DNA of 64,000 bases, taken from positions 2,299,199 to 2,363,198 of the forward strand of contig NC_019748.1 in NCBI RefSeq assembly GCF_000317575.1, given 5' to 3'. The notes under the pieces are model-generated. The model ran no database searches. It was not told the DNA's origin and saw only the letters and a list, made by a program, of their open reading frames with translations. The position numbers and the translations under genes were made by a program. This document shows, in pieces, positions 31,359 to 41,247 of this stretch; the first letter of the stretch is position 1, and each line of letters opens with the position of its first letter. The stretch is from Stanieria cyanosphaera PCC 7437. Lineage in GTDB: Bacteria > Cyanobacteriota > Cyanobacteriia > Cyanobacteriales > Xenococcaceae.

Positions 31359-32642
31359 ATGGAAATTATTACCCTTTTACTTGCAATTTTTGGTTTAGGT
31401 ACAGGTGCTGGCTGGTTTGTGATCCGCAATCTTTATTACATTTGTCAGCCTAGTGAAATTTTAATCTTTGCTGGTACTAAAACTCGCAACAGTGAAGGCA
31501 AAGAAGTAGGATATCGTCTCGTTAAAGGTGGTAGTAGTATCAAAATCCCCATGCTGGAAGAAGCTTTCCGTATGGATTTAACTAATATGATTATTGAACT
31601 TAAAGTAGCTAATGCTTATTCTAAAGGCGGAATTCCTCTCAAAGTAGAAGGAGTTGCTAATATTAAAATTGCTGGTGAAGAACCCACTATTCATAATGCG
31701 ATTGAACGTTTACTCGGCAAAAGTCGTAAAGAAATTGAACAATTAGCCAAAGAAACCTTAGAAGGTAATCTACGCGGTGTATTAGCAAGTCTTACTCCCG
31801 AACAAGTCAACGAAGATAAAATTGCCTTTGCTAAAAGTCTCCTTGACGAAGCCGAAGACGATTTAGAAAAATTAGGTTTGGTATTAGATAACTTGCAAAT
31901 TCAAAATATTTCTGATGATGTTAGTTACCTCAATTCCATTGGGCGCAAACAACAAGCCGAATTATTAAGAGATGCCCGTATTGCTGAAGCTACCGCCAAA
32001 GCCGAATCTACCATTAAATCATCGGAAAATAAAAAAATCACTTCTCTGCGACAAATTGGTAGAGATTTAGAAATTGCCAAAGCAGAAGCTGAAAAAAGAA
32101 TTAGAGATGCTATTACCAAACGAGAAGCCTTAGTCGCCGAAGCAGAAGCCGAAGTAATTGCCGAAATTGCTAAAGCAGAAGCCGAACTTGCCGTACAAAC
32201 CGAAAGAATTAAACAAGTACAACAACAGTTACAAGCCGATGTTGTCGCCCCTGCCGAGGCACAATGTAAACAAGCGATCGCTAAAGCTAAAGGTGATGCA
32301 GCGAGTATTATAGAAGATGGGAAAGCCCAAGCAGAAGGAACAAAACGCCTCGCCGAGTCTTGGCAAGCAGCAGGAAACAATGCTAGAGAAATTTTCCTCT
32401 TTCAAAAACTCGAAACCCTGATCAAGATGATGGCTGCGGGTGTACCAGAAGTAGAGGTTGAAAGCGTTACTGTAGTTAACGGTAAAGATGGTAATACTGC
32501 GACAAAGTTAGCTGCTTTTATGGAACAATTGCGTCAGACAACAGGTATAGATGCAGCACAAATTGCCCACAATTTATCAAACAACAACTCGTCGATTAAA
32601 AAGATCGAAACTAAAATAGAACCACAAAAACTTGATGATTAA
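31359..32642 (+). CDS. flotillin-family SPFH/band-7 protein, paralog 2
   Basis: Same architecture as paralog 1 plus C-terminal EA repeats (AEAEAEVIAEIAKAEAELA). Confidence 0.85.
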   Translation: MEIITLLLAIFGLGTGAGWFVIRNLYYICQPSEILIFAGTKTRNSEGKEVGYRLVKGGSSIKIPMLEEAFRMDLTNMIIELKVANAYSKGGIPLKVEGVANIKIAGEEPTIHNAIERLLGKSRKEIEQLAKETLEGNLRGVLASLTPEQVNEDKIAFAKSLLDEAEDDLEKLGLVLDNLQIQNISDDVSYLNSIGRKQQAELLRDARIAEATAKAESTIKSSENKKITSLRQIGRDLEIAKAEAEKRIRDAITKREALVAEAEAEVIAEIAKAEAELAVQTERIKQVQQQLQADVVAPAEAQCKQAIAKAKGDAASIIEDGKAQAEGTKRLAESWQAAGNNAREIFLFQKLETLIKMMAAGVPEVEVESVTVVNGKDGNTATKLAAFMEQLRQTTGIDAAQIAHNLSNNNSSIKKIETKIEPQKLDD

Positions 32643-32699
32643 AAATTCTTTGACATAGAAAAGTTATCTCCTGAAAAGCATTAAACTTCTCTTAATCTT

Positions 32700-32760
32700 G
32701 CGCGATCGCCTACGCGATCGCATAAATAAATTTATTATTTTTATTTTTTATATGCACCAA
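32700..32760. terminator. probable bidirectional terminator formed by tandem HIP1 palindromes
   Basis: GCGCGATCGC-CTAC-GCGATCGC hairpin followed by a T-rich tract, between convergent genes. Confidence 0.4.
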
Positions 32761-33193
32761 TTCCTAAAGCACATGCTTTTGGCTCAGTACAAGAATACAT
32801 TTCTACTTCAACTTTATAAGCATCAGTTGTTTTTGGTTTTAATTTAACTACTGCTTGGGGACTATCACTTTGATCTATTGTTACTTCTTGACCTTTACTA
32901 TTTAAGACAACCAAATCTACATCACTACATTTTGGTTTGCTACATACAGCAACAAAACCATAGTTTTTATTAGCCTGTAAACGGAACGTTTTACTAAACA
33001 CGCCTCCTTCGGCTGCTTGACCAATGATAGGGGCTTTTGGTCTGATATAACCTGCTAATTGTTTACTAGCAGTTCTGTCTATCATTCTAGTTAATATCTT
33101 TTCACTATTAGGATTTAAATCTGCTAAAGCGATACTAGTTGGCATTAATGCTGCCATAACTGATACAGATATCAATAAAGCTTTTGTTTTCAT
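32741..33193 (-). CDS. secreted hypothetical protein
   Basis: Signal peptide (MKTKALLISVSVMAALMPTSIALA). 150 aa. Confidence 0.45.
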   Translation of the reverse strand: MKTKALLISVSVMAALMPTSIALADLNPNSEKILTRMIDRTASKQLAGYIRPKAPIIGQAAEGGVFSKTFRLQANKNYGFVAVCSKPKCSDVDLVVLNSKGQEVTIDQSDSPQAVVKLKPKTTDAYKVEVEMYSCTEPKACALGIGAYKK

Positions 33194-33223
33194 TCAAATT
33201 CTCCTCATTAATTTTGTAGCGAT

Positions 33224-33499
33224 TTATAGTTCTTCTGCTGGTAAAACTATTTGACCGCCTTCTATCGTAATTACATCAGCAGCTTTAGCACTAACACTGC
33301 CAATTCCTTCAACATCAATCAAACAATCACTACTACATACAGTTTTTGTTTCTCCTGATGCTATTTCTATAGTATTTTTTTGTTCACCTTCGGTAGTAGT
33401 AATTTGATACGATTGAGTATCTTTATTGACCAAATCTGTTGCCAAAACACTGTTAGAACCTATTAGTAAAATACCTAAGGTCAAAATAAATTTAGACAT
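33224..33499 (-). CDS. secreted small hypothetical protein
   Basis: Signal peptide ending LATD. 91 aa. Confidence 0.4.
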   Translation of the reverse strand: MSKFILTLGILLIGSNSVLATDLVNKDTQSYQITTTEGEQKNTIEIASGETKTVCSSDCLIDVEGIGSVSAKAADVITIEGGQIVLPAEEL

Positions 33500-33826
33500 T
33501 TTCTGGAAAAATAGTGAAATATTTTTTATTAATAATTAGATTATCAGTTTAAAGTTATTGTAAATTTATACTTAATTATTATTTAAATTTTGTATCAAAA
33601 GTGTAAAAAAAAAGCAGGTTTTTCTATTATTTGAATATTTTTGAAATTTAGTAATCAATATATTTATCCACTTATAAAACTCTCATTTTTGTTTAATCAT
33701 TATCTCATTGTGATTAACAAATATTTTTCAGTCAAAAAATATCTTGTAATTTTAAAACTTAACTAGTGGGATGCTCGTCACGCGCAGGCAAGGGGCTGTG
33801 ACTCAAATTCTTTGAGTCTGAGTTTT

Positions 33827-34669
33827 TTAAGGCAGGGTATTGTTCACAAGCTCTTCTAATAACTGCGATCGCTGTACAAAAGATTTATTCTTAATCCGTC
33901 GTTGTACTCGCTCTGGTATTCCATAACCGTGAACAATATGACCTTGACCGGCTAAAACAATAATTTGATAATTAGGGTTAGCTTGATAAAATTGTGCGAT
34001 CGCATCAGCCATAGTTTCATCCCAAAGTACCTGGGCAGCGAAAAAATTATCAAAACCATCACTATTACCATGTCCGTTGTGAGCATGATTGCTATAAATA
34101 TTTTGTAGCATTTGCCGATAAGCTTGATTATCTAGATCAATTTCTGCTACAGGTGGAATATAACGAAAATCTTCTCCTGATAGACTTTCTAAACCTTGAC
34201 TAGCAACTTTACGAGTAATTTCTGTGGGAGTATTTAAAGCAATAATTGGTAAATTATGTCTCTTGGCAAAACGTAAAATGGGGGCATAGTATTCCCAGTC
34301 AAAACCCCAACGCTGATCGTATTCTGTTTCTTCTCTTAATTGGGTTTCGCTGATTTCCCCTGCTAAATAACGATCTAAAACAGGTTGAAAGGGACGCTGA
34401 AACATTTCTAAAGCGATCGCTATTCGCTGATTTTGTTGATAAAGTGCAGTAATAATTTCTAATTGTGCTTGATGTTCGGCAAGGCTATCGTGATTTTCAC
34501 CAAGATAAACGACATCTGCTTGAGCTAATTGAGCTAAAATATCTTTTTTGGTTACAATCGCTTGTTTTTCAGAAGCAATAGCTGGTTGAATTAAATTTAT
34601 TGGAAAACTCCAGCACAATACCAAGCCTAAAGATAAGGCACATAATTTAATTAACGGTTTAATGATCAT
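33827..34669 (-). CDS. ChaN-family (PF04187, Tiki/TraB-like) lipoprotein
   Basis: DVVYLGENHDSLAEHQAQLEII motif region. 280 aa with N-terminal signal. Confidence 0.6.
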   Translation of the reverse strand: MIIKPLIKLCALSLGLVLCWSFPINLIQPAIASEKQAIVTKKDILAQLAQADVVYLGENHDSLAEHQAQLEIITALYQQNQRIAIALEMFQRPFQPVLDRYLAGEISETQLREETEYDQRWGFDWEYYAPILRFAKRHNLPIIALNTPTEITRKVASQGLESLSGEDFRYIPPVAEIDLDNQAYRQMLQNIYSNHAHNGHGNSDGFDNFFAAQVLWDETMADAIAQFYQANPNYQIIVLAGQGHIVHGYGIPERVQRRIKNKSFVQRSQLLEELVNNTLP

Positions 34670-34786
34670 TAAAGGCAGAAGGCAGGTATTAGTTGTACCT
34701 CATGAATTTTAGCAACGCTATAGCTGATAGTTAGTTGCTACTTTTTACTTGTTACTTTTTACTTAATCTTTGGTAACTGATCACTG

Positions 34787-35485
34787 TTAAACGCCAACAG
34801 CAAAACTAGCCAAAACACCTTCAAACAAAGCCTTGCCATCAGTTATCCCAATCGCTGCATCGGCTGCCCTTTCTGGATGAGGCATCATGCCTAAAACATT
34901 TCCTTGTTGGTTAATAATGCCAGCAATGTTGTCTAAAGAACCATTCGGATTACTATCTTGGTTGACTTCTCCTGTCGCACTACAATACCTAAATAAAACT
35001 TGACCGTTATCTTCTAAAGTTTTTAAAGTATCACTATCAGCAAAATAACGTCCTTCACCATGAGCGATCGGTAAAGTAATTACTTGTCCTGAAGTATAAT
35101 TACTAGTCCAAGGTAAATCACTTCTTTCGACTTTCATCGGGACGCGATCGCAAATAAAATGTAAATCACGATTGCGAATTAATGCCCCTGGTAATAAACC
35201 TACTTCTGTTAAAATTTGAAAGCCATTACAAATACCTAAAACTAGCTTACCTGCTTGGGCGTGTTCGATCACACTTTTGATCGCAGGAGAAAACCGAGCG
35301 ATCGCACCACAGCGAAGATAATCACCATAGCTAAAACCACCAGGTATAACTACCAAATCTAGAGCAGATAAATCTGTATCCTGATGCCAAATCATTCGAG
35401 TTGCAACATTTAATAAACCTTCAGTAACCGTAGCGACATCGCGATCGCAATTTGAACCGGGAAAGACAATGATACCGACTTTCAT
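34787..35485 (-). CDS. purQ: phosphoribosylformylglycinamidine synthase subunit PurQ (glutaminase)
   Basis: [16 protein letters not shown], catalytic Cys in GICNGFQ, and H/E pair. Confidence 0.9.
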   Translation of the reverse strand: MKVGIIVFPGSNCDRDVATVTEGLLNVATRMIWHQDTDLSALDLVVIPGGFSYGDYLRCGAIARFSPAIKSVIEHAQAGKLVLGICNGFQILTEVGLLPGALIRNRDLHFICDRVPMKVERSDLPWTSNYTSGQVITLPIAHGEGRYFADSDTLKTLEDNGQVLFRYCSATGEVNQDSNPNGSLDNIAGIINQQGNVLGMMPHPERAADAAIGITDGKALFEGVLASFAVGV

Positions 35486-35492
35486 TTTTTTC

Positions 35493-35759
35493 CTAAACAG
35501 TAGCTAATTGAGTTAGCTCGAAACGATAATTTTCAATTACGGGATTGGCAAGCAAGCGATCGCACATTTGATCTAATTGAACTTTTGCTTGTGCTTCATC
35601 GGTAGCAGTCAAATTTAGTTCAATATACTTTCCAATTCTGACATCTTCAACTCCTTGATATCCCAATTGCTTCAATCCTGATGCAACTGCTGTACCTGCT
35701 GGATCAAGTACAGAAGGACGAAGAGTAACATAAATACGAGCGTGATATTGATTAGCCAT
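35493..35759 (-). CDS. purS: phosphoribosylformylglycinamidine synthase subunit PurS
   Basis: 88 aa. Lies directly upstream of purQ. Confidence 0.85.
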   Translation of the reverse strand: MANQYHARIYVTLRPSVLDPAGTAVASGLKQLGYQGVEDVRIGKYIELNLTATDEAQAKVQLDQMCDRLLANPVIENYRFELTQLATV

Positions 35760-36060
35760 CTAATTTTTACCGATGATTATGATCTTTTGCACCTTTTTGA
35801 TTGTAGAACCAGATCGAGTTTTTTTTGTTAAATCTGGAGCAATTTAGTCTCAAGATAAGATGTAAATTTTGAACTATTACTATTTCACTTTTTTCAAATT
35901 AGAATTTACCAAAAAATCTACATCTTACTCCAATAGAGCAGAAGTTTTTTATTCTCTCCTACTCCGAATGTAAACTGATAAATGTACAGACGTTTCGCTT
36001 GATCGTCTCTAACTGATAACTAGCAAATCAAAAAACATCATTTAACAACTACAGGATAAT

Positions 36061-36939
36061 ATGGGTAATACGATTTGGGAGTTAGATTTTTACTCTCGTC
36101 CAATTTTAGATGAAGAAAATAAAAAAGTTTGGGAAGTACTTATTTGCGAAAGTCTGACTGATCCAGAGCGATCGCCAGATGAGATTTTTCGTTACTCTCA
36201 ATACTGCTCTAGTAAAACGGTTAATTCGCTTTGGTTACGGGAAGCGATTGAAAAGGCAATTGCGATCGCGGGTATCACTCCCAAAAAAATCCGCTTTTTC
36301 CGCCGTCAAATGAATAATATGATTACCAAAGCTTGTGAAGATGCAGGAATTGCTGCTGCACCTAGTAGTCGTACCTATGCTCTCAATCATTGGTTAGCTA
36401 CCAGAATGAAGGAAGTATATCCTCAAGAACCAGGCTATGATCAAAAAACCGCTAGTTCTATTTCTGTTCAGTATCCTGATTTAAATGCTATTCCTTTACC
36501 AGACGCAGTTAGAGGCGATCGCGGTGATAAATGGGCATTTGTTAGTTTGGAAGCTTCTGCTTTTGCAGAAATGAATGAATGGGAAATTGGTTTTAAAGAA
36601 GCTTTTCCTTTATCTTTGCTTAATCTCAGTTCAGAAACACAAATTCCTGGATTAATTATTTTCTCTCCTCGTGCTACACTTTTAGCAGCGTGGTTGTCTG
36701 GGTTAGAAATGGGTTTTTTACATCTAGAAAGCGATCCACGTCCCAGAATTTGCTTGAACACAGGGTTGAGTGATAGTTGGGTTTTGGTTAATTTAACCAC
36801 TCCTTCAACCTTAACCGAAGCCAAAGAATTTGAACTAGCTAAACAAAAAGCACAAGGAGTTCATTTCCTAGCCATTCAATCTTCGACAGAATCTGAAAGT
36901 TTTGCTGGATTTTGGTTGTTATTAGCCAATAAATCTTAA
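36061..36939 (+). CDS. Tab2/DUF1092-family RNA-binding protein
   Basis: N-terminal IWELDFYSRPILDE block. 292 aa. Confidence 0.65.
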   Translation: MGNTIWELDFYSRPILDEENKKVWEVLICESLTDPERSPDEIFRYSQYCSSKTVNSLWLREAIEKAIAIAGITPKKIRFFRRQMNNMITKACEDAGIAAAPSSRTYALNHWLATRMKEVYPQEPGYDQKTASSISVQYPDLNAIPLPDAVRGDRGDKWAFVSLEASAFAEMNEWEIGFKEAFPLSLLNLSSETQIPGLIIFSPRATLLAAWLSGLEMGFLHLESDPRPRICLNTGLSDSWVLVNLTTPSTLTEAKEFELAKQKAQGVHFLAIQSSTESESFAGFWLLLANKS

Positions 36940-37072
36940 TTTATCGGATCAAAAATCCATAATTATTTTCTCCCTTGTTCCTCTTGTTGATGACGACTTC
37001 TGTGCAGAAGTAAAATGTTATGTCTCTACTGCCTTTTGCCTCATGTCAAGATGCATACAAACTATGTAAAAC

Positions 37073-39283
37073 TTACCACTTAGGATTACTAGCAATTAAT
37101 AATTCTACTGCTTGAGTATCTAAGGGTTGAGCAAAAAGATAACCTTGGGCAAACTTACAGCCTAATTTTCTTAATTGTTCTAGTTGATAGGGAGTTTCTA
37201 CTCCTTCCGCGATCGCATCAATGCCGAGAGAATGAGCTAAGTTGATAATAGTGCGAACAATTTCGCAGTTTTCTTGATTAGCATTCATGCGACTGACAAA
37301 GGAACGGTCTATTTTTAAAGTATCTAAAGGAAAACTATGTAAATAACTAAGGGAAGAATAACCTGTACCAAAATCATCAATACTCAATTTAATATTTCTG
37401 GCTTTGATTTGAGCAAAGTTTTCCATGATGGTTTCTTTTTCTTCCATTAAAGTACTTTCAGTTATTTCGAGTTTGAGAAAATTACTGTCTAACTCGGTAT
37501 CTTTCAAAATTCGCTCTACAATCGTAATTAAACTTGGTTGTTTGATTTGTTGACTCGCAAGATTAACACTAATGTGATATTGAGAAGCGTTGGAAAATTT
37601 TAATTGCCAAGCACGAAGTTGACGACAAGCTTCGTTTAAAACCCATTCTCCGATCAAGACAATTAATCCTGTATCTTCAGCAATTTTAATGAATTCCCTT
37701 GGTGAAACTAAACCTCGTTCGGGATCTTGCCAACGTATTAAAGCTTCAAAACCAACAATATCGCCCGTCGCAAGAGCAATAATTGGCTGATAATGCAGTA
37801 TAAATTGTTGACGTGCTAAAGCAAAGCGCAGATCTGTTTCTAATTGAGATAAATATAAAGTTTGGGCATACATTTCGCGATCAAAGAGTGCATAACGTCC
37901 TTTGCCTGACTCTTTGGCTTGATACATGGCAATATCTGCATTTCTAATTAACTCGATACTATTTTGATAATGACGAGAACTAATAACAATGCCAATACTG
38001 GCAGCAGTAAAAGCAGTATGAGTGCCTAAATTAATCGGTAAAGTTAATTTTTTGAGTATCCGTTCGGCAATGATCGTAACATCTGCAATTTCTCGAATTT
38101 CATCTAAAAGAATAGTAAATTCATCTCCACCGAGACGAGCAACAGTATCGACACTACGACAACATTCTTTTAATAAATGACCAACTTTAACAAGTAGTTG
38201 ATCTCCTACAGAATGTCCCAAACTATCATTGATAATTTTAAAGCGATCGAGGTCGATATATAATACGGCAAACAAATAATCTGGATTTCTTTTGCTTCGT
38301 TCTAAAGCTTTATCCAGATGCTCCATTAATAAAGTACGATTTGGTAACCCTGTTAAAGTATCGTGTAAAGCATTATAAATTAATTGCTCTTGAGCTTTCT
38401 TTTGATCAGTAATATCAATGCTAATTCCATCAATGCGAATCGCTGTACTATTACTATCATAAATAGAACGACTACGAGTATTTAACCAACGTAATTCACC
38501 ATTAGGACGAACAATTCTATACTCTAATTCAAGATTACTAGAAAAAGGAAAAACTGACAAAGATTGTTTAACTTGCTTGCGATCCTCTGGATGAATTACT
38601 TCTAACCACAAATCAGGTTGATTAACAAATTCGGTAACTGTTCGCTCATAAACTTTTTCTACAGCAGCATTGAGATATATTAAATTAAAATTCTCGACAT
38701 TAGCTGACCAAACTACTTCTTCTAAAGAGTTAAGAATATTTTCTAATTTGCACTCACTATCTTTTAATAATTGCTGTGTTTGCTGATGTTGAGCAATTTC
38801 CTGATGCAGCTTATCAATAACATTTTCCAACTCGATAGTACGCTGGTGCACTTTTTGTTCTAAATTTTTATTTAACTGACTAATCTCTGCTTTAGCTGCT
38901 TGCAATTCTAATTGATGTTTAATTCGAGCAATAATTTCGTCAGCTTGAAAAGGCTTGGTAACATAGTCTACTCCTCCTACAGAAAAAGCTCTAACTTTGT
39001 CAAAAGCATCGTCTAAGGCACTTAAAAAAATAACTGGAATATCACGAGTTTGCTGTTTAGCTTTAAGTTGTTGACAGACTTCATAACCATTAAGATTTGG
39101 CATTAATACATCAAGCAAAATTAACTCTGGACGATGATATTCAAGTTGTTTAATTGCCATTTCACCATCTATAGCAACAGCTACATTAAATCCTGCTTGA
39201 ATTAAAGTTTCCGAAAGTATTTTTAGATTATTGGAATTATCGTCTATGATCAAAATACTCTGAGTAACTAAAGTTCCAGTCAT
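37073..39283 (-). CDS. response regulator with REC-PAS-GGDEF-EAL architecture (c-di-GMP turnover)
   Basis: REC N-terminus, GGDEF (RLGGDEFTILL) and EAL (EALIRW, DDFGTGYSSL) motifs. Confidence 0.85.
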   Translation of the reverse strand: MTGTLVTQSILIIDDNSNNLKILSETLIQAGFNVAVAIDGEMAIKQLEYHRPELILLDVLMPNLNGYEVCQQLKAKQQTRDIPVIFLSALDDAFDKVRAFSVGGVDYVTKPFQADEIIARIKHQLELQAAKAEISQLNKNLEQKVHQRTIELENVIDKLHQEIAQHQQTQQLLKDSECKLENILNSLEEVVWSANVENFNLIYLNAAVEKVYERTVTEFVNQPDLWLEVIHPEDRKQVKQSLSVFPFSSNLELEYRIVRPNGELRWLNTRSRSIYDSNSTAIRIDGISIDITDQKKAQEQLIYNALHDTLTGLPNRTLLMEHLDKALERSKRNPDYLFAVLYIDLDRFKIINDSLGHSVGDQLLVKVGHLLKECCRSVDTVARLGGDEFTILLDEIREIADVTIIAERILKKLTLPINLGTHTAFTAASIGIVISSRHYQNSIELIRNADIAMYQAKESGKGRYALFDREMYAQTLYLSQLETDLRFALARQQFILHYQPIIALATGDIVGFEALIRWQDPERGLVSPREFIKIAEDTGLIVLIGEWVLNEACRQLRAWQLKFSNASQYHISVNLASQQIKQPSLITIVERILKDTELDSNFLKLEITESTLMEEKETIMENFAQIKARNIKLSIDDFGTGYSSLSYLHSFPLDTLKIDRSFVSRMNANQENCEIVRTIINLAHSLGIDAIAEGVETPYQLEQLRKLGCKFAQGYLFAQPLDTQAVELLIASNPKW

Positions 39284-39787
39284 TATTTATTGCCTCAATT
39301 TAAGAAAATAAATCTAGTTTTTAATTAAATTTAGTAAACTTTTTTTTGATAAAATCTTCAATTAGATACTGATTTAAGCTATTAATTTATGTTGCCCAAC
39401 AAACCAAAAGTTAGTTTTTTTAATGTTTTTGATAAAAGAAATTATCTTTAAATTTGTTACAAGATTTTAGAGAAATCAAACAAGTTGCTTCGTACAAAAT
39501 TGATGTTTTGATTTGGTTCATTAATTAAGAAAATTTAGTTACCATTACGGTTTTAGCTCATCAAATCTTAGATTCAATGAGTAATTTCTGGGAAATTGTG
39601 AAGAGGGATTCAAATAAAACTTATTTAAGTATTAATTCTGAGTTTTGCCAGCTAATTTTAAGATGAGCGGTTTTGCTCGTTATTGTAGTTTAAACTAACT
39701 GAAACAGTAGGGCAAAAAATAAAGAAAAATAAAAAGAGCAACAAAATACAAACTCTCTCTGCTGTCAATCAACCTATTTTAAGATAG

Positions 39788-40879
39788 TTAAACTAAAGTT
39801 AAAGGTAAAGTGACAGTAAAGATAGTTCCTACATTTATTTGACTTTGAAAATTAATTGTACCGCCATACAAATCAATACATTGTTTAACAATAGCTAAAC
39901 CTAAACCAGTGCCAGGAATATCCCCCACATTACTAGCACGATGGAAAGAATTAAATAACTGTTTTTGGTCTTTTTGAGGAATACCAATTCCTTGATCTTT
40001 GATCTCAAAAATTATTTTTTCGGGTTGATAAATCAATTGAAGTTCGATGGTACTTCCTTTAGGGGAATATTTGATCGCATTAGTTAACAAATTAATTAAA
40101 ATATGAGTTAGTAATTTTTGATCTACCAAAACTTTTGGCTCAAAATTTTCTTCTGCTACTAAAAAATTAATAATATGACTACTACCAGCACCAAGTTGTA
40201 TCTCATGAACTAAAACACTACAAAATTTACTTAAATCTAGCGGGATGGGGTTAAATGTTTGTTTAGTTAATTCACCTTTACTTAAAAGTAAAACATCATT
40301 TAAAGTACCTGTCATATTTTTAACAGTAGTAATAATTCGATTAAAGAAATCTTGTTGGCGTTCTTCAGAATATTTACTACTATTTTGCATTAGCAACTGT
40401 GCATAACCTGAAATTAAGTTGAGAGGATTACGTAATTCATGAGAAGCTATAGAAATAAAACGAGTTTTTAGTTTATTAAGTTCTTGCAAATTTTGATTAG
40501 CTAGTTGTAATTGCAAAGATAACTGCCTTCTTTGTAAAAGCATTTCTACCCGTGCAGTTAATTCCATTTTTTCAATGGGAGAAATAATTAATTCATCAAT
40601 ACTTTTCCATAAATGTCTAGTAAGTATGCTTACATCTTGACGAGATGTCATTAACAAAAATGGTAAAAAAACCGGCTCTTGAGCTTTTTTAGTTTTTAAT
40701 ACCCAGTGATTTAGTTTATCTAATGCTCGACCATCAAGAATACAAATATCAAAAGAAAAGCTTGATTGAAATAATTCTGTATCCGAATTAGGAGAAAAAA
40801 CTTCGTAATTTTTTCCCAACCATATAGATAATAAACGTCGATTCTCTTTGTGTTCAAGGAGTAATAAAATCTTACTCAT
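39788..40879 (-). CDS. hybrid histidine kinase (N-terminal REC-like domain, HisKA, HATPase_c)
   Basis: H-box SIASHELRNPL. G-boxes DQGIGIP and GTGLGLAIV. Confidence 0.8.
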   Translation of the reverse strand: MSKILLLLEHKENRRLLSIWLGKNYEVFSPNSDTELFQSSFSFDICILDGRALDKLNHWVLKTKKAQEPVFLPFLLMTSRQDVSILTRHLWKSIDELIISPIEKMELTARVEMLLQRRQLSLQLQLANQNLQELNKLKTRFISIASHELRNPLNLISGYAQLLMQNSSKYSEERQQDFFNRIITTVKNMTGTLNDVLLLSKGELTKQTFNPIPLDLSKFCSVLVHEIQLGAGSSHIINFLVAEENFEPKVLVDQKLLTHILINLLTNAIKYSPKGSTIELQLIYQPEKIIFEIKDQGIGIPQKDQKQLFNSFHRASNVGDIPGTGLGLAIVKQCIDLYGGTINFQSQINVGTIFTVTLPLTLV

Positions 40880-40881
40880 AT

Positions 40882-41247
40882 TTAATCTTTCAAAAAACTT
40901 TTGATTAAACCGAGAAATTGTTTAATTGCCAAGGGTTTAATTAACATACTTCTTGCACCATGAGCCAGACTTGCTTGTTGAATTACAGTATTTTGTCGAG
41001 GCGAAATTACGAGAAAAGGAATTTGGCGATTTTTGATTTGTTCACAACGTTCCCAAATACTACTTTTAAAACCAGTAAGATCTAATAAAACTAATTGAAT
41101 TTTTAATGATTGATTTAAAATTTGATCTAATTCTTCTAAACTGTTGGCACTAATAGTTTGATATCCTTCTTTTTCCAAAAATTTATTAAGTAATTTTAGA
41201 TTATGATGATTAGTATCTACGGTTAAAATTAACTGTTTTTCACTCAT
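40882..41247 (-). CDS. single-domain response regulator (REC only)
   Basis: 121 aa. LVLLDLTG phospho-acceptor Asp region. Overlaps the kaiC-like stop by 4 nt. Confidence 0.7.
   Translation of the reverse strand: MSEKQLILTVDTNHHNLKLLNKFLEKEGYQTISANSLEELDQILNQSLKIQLVLLDLTGFKSSIWERCEQIKNRQIPFLVISPRQNTVIQQASLAHGARSMLIKPLAIKQFLGLIKSFLKD

Noticed and set aside
33801-33830. Hairpin GACUCAAA-UUC-UUUGAGUC followed by U6 on the + strand, read as a terminator
   Set aside because: No + strand gene lies upstream for it to terminate. It sits at the 3' end of the minus-strand ChaN-family gene and may simply be a bidirectional stem. Assignment uncertain.
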